A stretch of 63,949 nt of DNA, filler included, from an uncultured bacterium (GTDB taxonomy: Bacteria > Latescibacterota > UBA2968), in NCBI GenBank assembly GCA_964471275.1. It is 5 parts of 5 records of this genome, joined end to end, with 100 filler letters (N's around TTAATTAATTAA, not from the genome) between each part and the next. Parts side by side here need not be neighbours in the genome. Positions count along the whole stretch, not along the records: positions 51,701 to 63,949 come from CAYYGZ010000150.1; 4 more parts are not named here. One strand, written 5' to 3'. Position 1 is the stretch's first letter; every line of letters begins with the position of its first letter. Under the pieces are notes generated by a model that saw only the letters and a program-made list of their open reading frames with translations, was not told where the DNA came from and ran no database searches. Shown here piece after piece: positions 58,628 to 63,949 of this stretch. Position numbers and translations under genes: made by a program.

Positions 58628-59647
58628 ATGGCTGAAACACTACTAACCGTAAAGAATTTAAAGACTTACTTCACCACCGAATCCGGTGAGGCGAGAGCGG
58701 TAGACAGTGTTTCCTTCTCGATCGATCGGGGGGAAACACTCGGTCTGGTCGGTGAATCGGGGTGCGGCAAGAGCGTCACATCGCTTTCCGTGATGCGCCT
58801 GATCCCCGACCCTCCCGGCAGGATCGCAGGCGGAGAGATCAGATTTCGGGGGCAAGACCTGGTCACGCTTTCGGATCCCGAGATGCGCGAAGTCCGTGGG
58901 AATGACATCGCGATGATCTTTCAGGAACCGATGACCAGCCTGAACCCCGTCTTCACCTGCGGATACCAGATAGACGAGGCAGTCATTCTCCACCAAGGGC
59001 TCGGTCCCCTTGAGGCAAGGGCAAAGACGGTCGAGATGCTGCAATTGGTCGGTATCCCCGACCCCGCGCAGCGGGCGAACGAGTATCCGCATCAACTGTC
59101 TGGCGGGATGCGCCAACGCGTAATGATCGCGATGGCCCTGTGCTGCAATCCCGATGTGCTGATTGCCGACGAGCCGACGACAGCCCTTGACGTCACGATC
59201 CAGGCGCAGATCCTCGAACTGCTGGAGCGTCTGCAATCCGAGCTGGGCATGGCGGTCCTGATGATTACGCACGACCTGGGTGTCATCGCCGAGGTCGCAG
59301 ACAGGGTAGCCGTCATGTATGCCGGCAAGATTGTTGAGACGGCAGACGTCGACCGCGTCTTCGAGCAACCCAGACACCCATACACGATCGGTCTCCTAGA
59401 GTCGATCCCGAAACTGACCGAGCAGAAGGATACGCTCTCTGTGATACCGGGAACGGTCCCCGATGCGACGCGCTTCCCGTCAGGATGTCGGTTTGCGCCT
59501 CGATGCATGCGTGCGAAAGACGTCTGCACCCAGAATGAGCCGCCTCTCCTCGGGATAGAGGGTGAGAGCAAGGCTAACGGTCATCAGGTCGCGTGCTGGT
59601 TCGCCGAGGGGTACCCCAAGGAAGCTACTCCGGAGGACGTCACGTGA
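58628..59647 (+). CDS. oppD: Peptide ABC ATPase (OppD/DppD)
   Basis: [45 protein letters not shown]. Confidence 0.94.
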   Translation: MAETLLTVKNLKTYFTTESGEARAVDSVSFSIDRGETLGLVGESGCGKSVTSLSVMRLIPDPPGRIAGGEIRFRGQDLVTLSDPEMREVRGNDIAMIFQEPMTSLNPVFTCGYQIDEAVILHQGLGPLEARAKTVEMLQLVGIPDPAQRANEYPHQLSGGMRQRVMIAMALCCNPDVLIADEPTTALDVTIQAQILELLERLQSELGMAVLMITHDLGVIAEVADRVAVMYAGKIVETADVDRVFEQPRHPYTIGLLESIPKLTEQKDTLSVIPGTVPDATRFPSGCRFAPRCMRAKDVCTQNEPPLLGIEGESKANGHQVACWFAEGYPKEATPEDVT

Positions 59648-59686
59648 TCTCACTTTGTAGACGGATGACCTGGAAGGGGAACCGTC

Positions 59687-60667
59687 TTGGCTGATCCCCT
59701 TCTCCGTGTCCGCGACCTCAAGAAACACTTTCCCATCACGCAGGGGCTCTTTTCCAGCGTGACGGGTCACGTCAGAGCCGTCGACGGAGTGTCTTTCGAC
59801 CTGAATCGGGGGGAAACCCTCGGTCTTGTGGGTGAGTCTGGATGCGGCAAGACGACGACAGGACGTTCCATTCTCCGGTTAATCGAGCCAACCTCGGGTG
59901 AAGTTCAGTTCGATGGTCACAACGTCGTGGGCCTGAAATCCGGCGACATGCGCGCCCTTCGACGCCGGATGCAGATCATTTTCCAGGACCCGTACAGCTC
60001 GCTGAATCCCCGGATGACCGTGGGTGGTATGCTTACGGAGGCGCTCAAGATACACAAGCTCGCGCAGGGACCGGAACGCCAGACTCGAATCGATGAACTG
60101 CTCGAAACCGTCGGTCTACGCCGAGATCACGCACAGCGTTATCCTCACGAGTTTAGCGGAGGGCAGAGACAGCGGATCGGCATTGCGCGCGCACTTGCCG
60201 TCAACCCGGACTTCATCGTGGCCGATGAACCCGTCTCGGCGCTCGACGTCTCGATCCAAGCCCAGATCGTCAACCTCATGCAGGAGCTCCAGGACAGGTT
60301 GTCGCTGACGTATCTGTTCGTTGCGCACGATCTCAGCGTCGTCAAACATATCTCGGACCGGGTTGCGGTCATGTATCTCGGTCGAATCGTCGAAATTACG
60401 ACGAGTGACCAGCTATACGATTCCCCTCAGCACCCCTACACGCAGGCACTGATGTCGGCCGTTCCGATCGCTCAACCCGGTCGGAAGAAGAACCGGACAA
60501 TATTGACAGGCGACGTACCCAGCCCGGCTAACATACCGTCAGGTTGCCCGTTCCACCCACGATGCCCGGAACGGGAAGATGCCTGTACAAAGATCGTCCC
60601 GGATCTCATGCAGATCGAGGATGGTCACCGGGTCGCCTGCATCTTGAGAACCGGGCAAGATGCCTGA
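59687..60667 (+). CDS. oppF: Peptide ABC ATPase (OppF/DppF)
   Basis: [47 protein letters not shown]. Confidence 0.94.
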   Translation: MADPLLRVRDLKKHFPITQGLFSSVTGHVRAVDGVSFDLNRGETLGLVGESGCGKTTTGRSILRLIEPTSGEVQFDGHNVVGLKSGDMRALRRRMQIIFQDPYSSLNPRMTVGGMLTEALKIHKLAQGPERQTRIDELLETVGLRRDHAQRYPHEFSGGQRQRIGIARALAVNPDFIVADEPVSALDVSIQAQIVNLMQELQDRLSLTYLFVAHDLSVVKHISDRVAVMYLGRIVEITTSDQLYDSPQHPYTQALMSAVPIAQPGRKKNRTILTGDVPSPANIPSGCPFHPRCPEREDACTKIVPDLMQIEDGHRVACILRTGQDA

Positions 60668-60751
60668 AAAGATGGCCTGCTGCTCTGAAAAAGCGGTGAA
60701 GACACTGCGATCACGTGTGCAGGCTAACCAGACGAAAAAAGGGAGAGCACA

Positions 60752-63700
60752 GTGACGGAACTGTCCAGAAATCGAACGCCGGGGTGGCGTGTACTACTGG
60801 GAATGGCCCTGGCGGTCGGAATGGCGGGCACGACATACGCGCAGATCGGGCCAATCAGTTCTGGTCCCTCGATCAGCCCGACGGACCTTTCGATGGTTCC
60901 GATGAATCGCGCGACATTGCAGCAGCGGTATCTCAACAACCAGGAGCAGTTCTTCCCGTCGCTTCTCGGCTTGCGGGGCGGCGGAATTCGCGCGATACAA
61001 ACCCAGCACTTCATCATCTACAGCCTGGGAGCCCCGAACACGGCACGCCGGATTGCCGAAATCGCTGATAAAAAACTCGAGGCGCTAGCGCGATTCTATC
61101 CAGGCTTCATGGAGCGCTACAAAACCATCCACATACTCGTCGTGGATGGTGTCGACGTTCTCGGGAATGCCTTTGCCATCCCCGAGTTCAACTACATCCA
61201 GTTCTGGGCGACTCCGTTCGATATCACTGAGCGTGGGACCTCCAGCTGGGTGGACAATGTGTTCACGCACGAGCTTGCCCACGTCGTTACGCACAAGGCC
61301 GCACATAAGCAATGGCCTTTCCGTATGGGTTTCCTCAGCATGAGCGCGTCGAACGACAACCCCGACTATAACTTCTCGCTCCCGCTCTACAACACCGTGA
61401 TGCCGTCCTGGTATTCCGAAGGGGTCGCACAGTATGAGGCCCGTCTCCAGGGGGACGAGACCTGGGACACCCATCGAGATATGCTCCTTCGGATGGCATC
61501 GCTTGAGGATGATCTGCTATCGCTGGACGCGATGAACATATTCCACAAAGATGGGCATCACTGGGAGATGGTCTACAACCAGGGCTTCGGATTGCTCAAT
61601 TACGTCGGCGAAACCTACGGAGAGAATAAGGTCCGAGAGCTCAACGACAAGCGACCGATCGCCAGCTTCAAATCATCGATCAAGCAGACGCTAGGAGTGA
61701 GCGCGACTCAACTCTACAGAGAGTGGAAGGAACACCTGAAAGAGAAATACAGTGCGCTTGCGCAATCCGTACAAGCCGCTGGCGAGCGCGAAGGTGCACT
61801 GCTGTTCGATGGCGGCTCCATGGATTACCACCCGGCGTTTTCACCCGATGGCGCAACGGTTGCATTCATCAGCAACCACGGTTCGGATTACTCGCTGACA
61901 GAGCTGACCTTGCTCGACACGGCAACCGGCAAGACACAGCGGATCGGCGGCAACAGCAAGTTCAGCAAGTATGTGGCAAACCGTATCTCGTGGTCTGCGG
62001 ACAGCAAGCAGCTCTTCTATGTGAAGCCTCAGGGAGGGCGGTGGGACCTGTTCAGCTATGATGTCGCGAGCAAAGCTGAAACACGTATCACGGCGAACTT
62101 GCGAGGACGCGATCCAGCGCTATCACCGAGTGGTGAATGGATTGCCTTTGTTGGGAACAAGGACGGCACAAACAAGCTTGGAATCGTCAGACCGGACGGT
62201 ACAGACAAGAAGTATCTGACTTCACACAACAACGGGACTTTGCTGTATGGCCCGAAATGGTCTCCTGACGGGGAAACGCTGCTCTTCACGATCTTCGACG
62301 GTGAAGATCGCGACATCGCCACGATCAGTGCACACGCGACGCCGGAGCCGACCCGTCGCGAGCGCTACTTGATGGAGAAAAAGAAGAAGAAACGAGAGAA
62401 GGCGGAGGATAAGGACGATGATGAGGAGACGGATTCGGGCCAGCTTCTGCAGAATCGCTCCGACCACGATGCGATCGCGGGAGCCGAGGGTGAGGGATCC
62501 GGAGATACCGCCACTTTTGAGAGCAACTCTGACGATGACGAAGAAGATAAGGATGAGGATGAGGAACCCGAGGAAGTCTATGCGGACAGCGTAGCCTACG
62601 CAAATGATGCACAGTTCACGGCACTCATCGCGACAGAGTTCGACGAGCGTGACGCTGTCTGGCTGCCAGACGGTTCGGGCATCGCCTACTCATCCGATCG
62701 AACGGGCATCTTCAACATCTACGTCCGAGATCTGTCAACCGGCGAAGACCACCAGGTGACAAATGTTGTCGGTGGCGCCTTTGTCCCGACGGTGTCCGCC
62801 GACGGGACAAAGATTGCCTACTCGGGCTTCCACGCGGCTGACTACAACATCTACGAAATCCCGGTCGAGAACGGGGTCAGAGTTTCCGGGGTCGAGAATT
62901 TGGATCGAGACTATCGCGCGCTCTACGACGGTCCTAAGCTCAGTGATCTGTATGACTTTGGTGGCGTGAGTGCCCAGATGCACTCGTTTGGCTTCACCCC
63001 ATTCCTGATCCTGGGTCCGACTTTCATCGGGAACCGCTTCGGTCTGGACCAGATCAGTGGCGGCGCGCAGGCTTCCTGGGGACAGTTGCTCGGCAATGAC
63101 GCGCTGACCGCGTGGGCAACAGTCGGTAAGAACTTCCGACGAGGTGTTGATCTCAACTCTGAGTTCGCCGCATTCTACCAGACAAGCCTGTCATCGGTCC
63201 AGAACGAGAATGGTGCACTCTCACCGAGTCTCGTTCTCGGTGGCAGCCGGTCCACGATCAACAGCCTCGTTGATCTGGGTACACTCGTCACACAGAAGGA
63301 CACGTTACAGCAAACGATTCAAGTGACGATTGATTCACAGGTCGTCCTCGTACCGGATGTAACCATCCTCGAAAACCTGACCCTGGTTGAGGAAGACGAG
63401 TTCAAGGATGTCTTCACGGACTTCCTGGTCGGAACACAGTTCAGTCTTGGACGCAACCAGCGATTCAGCGCATTCTACAGCTACAGAAGCTATAATGAAA
63501 ATCTGAGCGGGATCCAGACCGTCATCGACAGCACACGATTCTTCCAGACGGTTGATGGGTCCTTTACGAACATCACAGAACAGATCGGGATCGAGACTCC
63601 CGACGAAACTGTGGTGCTGGACGATTTCTTCTACCAGGACCTGCGCTTCTTCAAGAGCCACGAGCTCTCACTCGGGTGGAGTTACGCAAACTTCAAACCG

Positions 63701-63949
63701 ACCTTTGATCAGTTCCTGAACCCCACCGGTGGACGCGCGGTCTCGCTGAGCTACCGGCGAATCAACTCAACCGTTACAGACTCCCTATCACTCACCATCG
63801 ATCTGAATCAGGACAACATTCCAGATCCCACCGTGGACGAAGTCTCGCCCGCGCTGTTCAGGGCTGATAACCAGAAGCTGGGGATCAACGAGTATATCTT
63901 CTCGTGGAACGAGTTCCTCGATTTTCCAGGTCGGAGCACACTGTCCTTC
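60752..63949 (+). CDS. Large exported protein: gluzincin peptidase + PD40/TolB beta-propeller + probable C-terminal beta-barrel (3'-truncated; absent from the ORF track)
   Basis: GTG60752 after GGGAGAG; signal peptide; THELAH...PSWYSEGVAQY; PAFSPDG, ISWSADS, PALSPSG, PKWSPDG, WLPDG repeats; same frame reads as protein at the window end. Confidence 0.82.
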   Translation, partial: MTELSRNRTPGWRVLLGMALAVGMAGTTYAQIGPISSGPSISPTDLSMVPMNRATLQQRYLNNQEQFFPSLLGLRGGGIRAIQTQHFIIYSLGAPNTARRIAEIADKKLEALARFYPGFMERYKTIHILVVDGVDVLGNAFAIPEFNYIQFWATPFDITERGTSSWVDNVFTHELAHVVTHKAAHKQWPFRMGFLSMSASNDNPDYNFSLPLYNTVMPSWYSEGVAQYEARLQGDETWDTHRDMLLRMASLEDDLLSLDAMNIFHKDGHHWEMVYNQGFGLLNYVGETYGENKVRELNDKRPIASFKSSIKQTLGVSATQLYREWKEHLKEKYSALAQSVQAAGEREGALLFDGGSMDYHPAFSPDGATVAFISNHGSDYSLTELTLLDTATGKTQRIGGNSKFSKYVANRISWSADSKQLFYVKPQGGRWDLFSYDVASKAETRITANLRGRDPALSPSGEWIAFVGNKDGTNKLGIVRPDGTDKKYLTSHNNGTLLYGPKWSPDGETLLFTIFDGEDRDIATISAHATPEPTRRERYLMEKKKKKREKAEDKDDDEETDSGQLLQNRSDHDAIAGAEGEGSGDTATFESNSDDDEEDKDEDEEPEEVYADSVAYANDAQFTALIATEFDERDAVWLPDGSGIAYSSDRTGIFNIYVRDLSTGEDHQVTNVVGGAFVPTVSADGTKIAYSGFHAADYNIYEIPVENGVRVSGVENLDRDYRALYDGPKLSDLYDFGGVSAQMHSFGFTPFLILGPTFIGNRFGLDQISGGAQASWGQLLGNDALTAWATVGKNFRRGVDLNSEFAAFYQTSLSSVQNENGALSPSLVLGGSRSTINSLVDLGTLVTQKDTLQQTIQVTIDSQVVLVPDVTILENLTLVEEDEFKDVFTDFLVGTQFSLGRNQRFSAFYSYRSYNENLSGIQTVIDSTRFFQTVDGSFTNITEQIGIETPDETVVLDDFFYQDLRFFKSHELSLGWSYANFKPTFDQFLNPTGGRAVSLSYRRINSTVTDSLSLTIDLNQDNIPDPTVDEVSPALFRADNQKLGINEYIFSWNEFLDFPGRSTLSF

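Noticed and set aside
1..63949. CRISPR arrays, tRNA/rRNA genes, transposases, integrases; the many antisense ORFs in the track
   Set aside because: None recognised by eye; the antisense ORFs are shadows of high-GC coding genes and lack motifs

Overview
This window is not one locus. It joins five unrelated ~12-13 kb contigs with artificial 100-nt linkers (N44-TTAATTAATTAA-N44 at 12919-13018, 25875-25974, 38746-38845, 51601-51700), which looks like a size-sorted MAG/SAG. The gene content (TonB receptors, Omp85 barrels, sulfatase, DUF6807-like protein) points to a diderm bacterium, possibly Latescibacterota-like (inference). Contig 1: ppk2 3' end, a broken archaeal-type aspS behind two tandem Asn/Asp-rich leader-peptide attenuators, a TPP-riboswitch TonB receptor, a second TonB receptor/Omp85/MFS operon, pncC, a cNMP-domain pseudogene, a DUF6807-like gene and a sulfatase start. 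Contig 2: an aromatic supra-operon (trpE-G-D-C-B2-F-tyrS-serine hydrolase-trpB-trpA-chorismate mutase) behind an unannotated Phe/Tyr/Trp-rich leader-peptide attenuator. Contig 3, visibly more AT-rich: a putative RiPP cluster with four radical SAM enzymes (one a B12-dependent PoyC-type methyltransferase), S8 and HExxH peptidases, a GAF protein, a LuxR regulator and a 182-aa candidate precursor with a central aromatic/basic core. Contig 4: an atypical nitrous-oxide reductase cluster with dihaem cytochrome c, a clade-I-like NosZ lacking a twin-arginine motif, a NosR-NosD fusion, nosFY, cupredoxin, SCO, transglutaminase, TlpA and nosX. Contig 5: an opp operon interrupted by five uncharacterised genes, then a large peptidase-PD40 outer-membrane protein missing from the ORF track. 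All family calls come from motif recognition; no searches were run.
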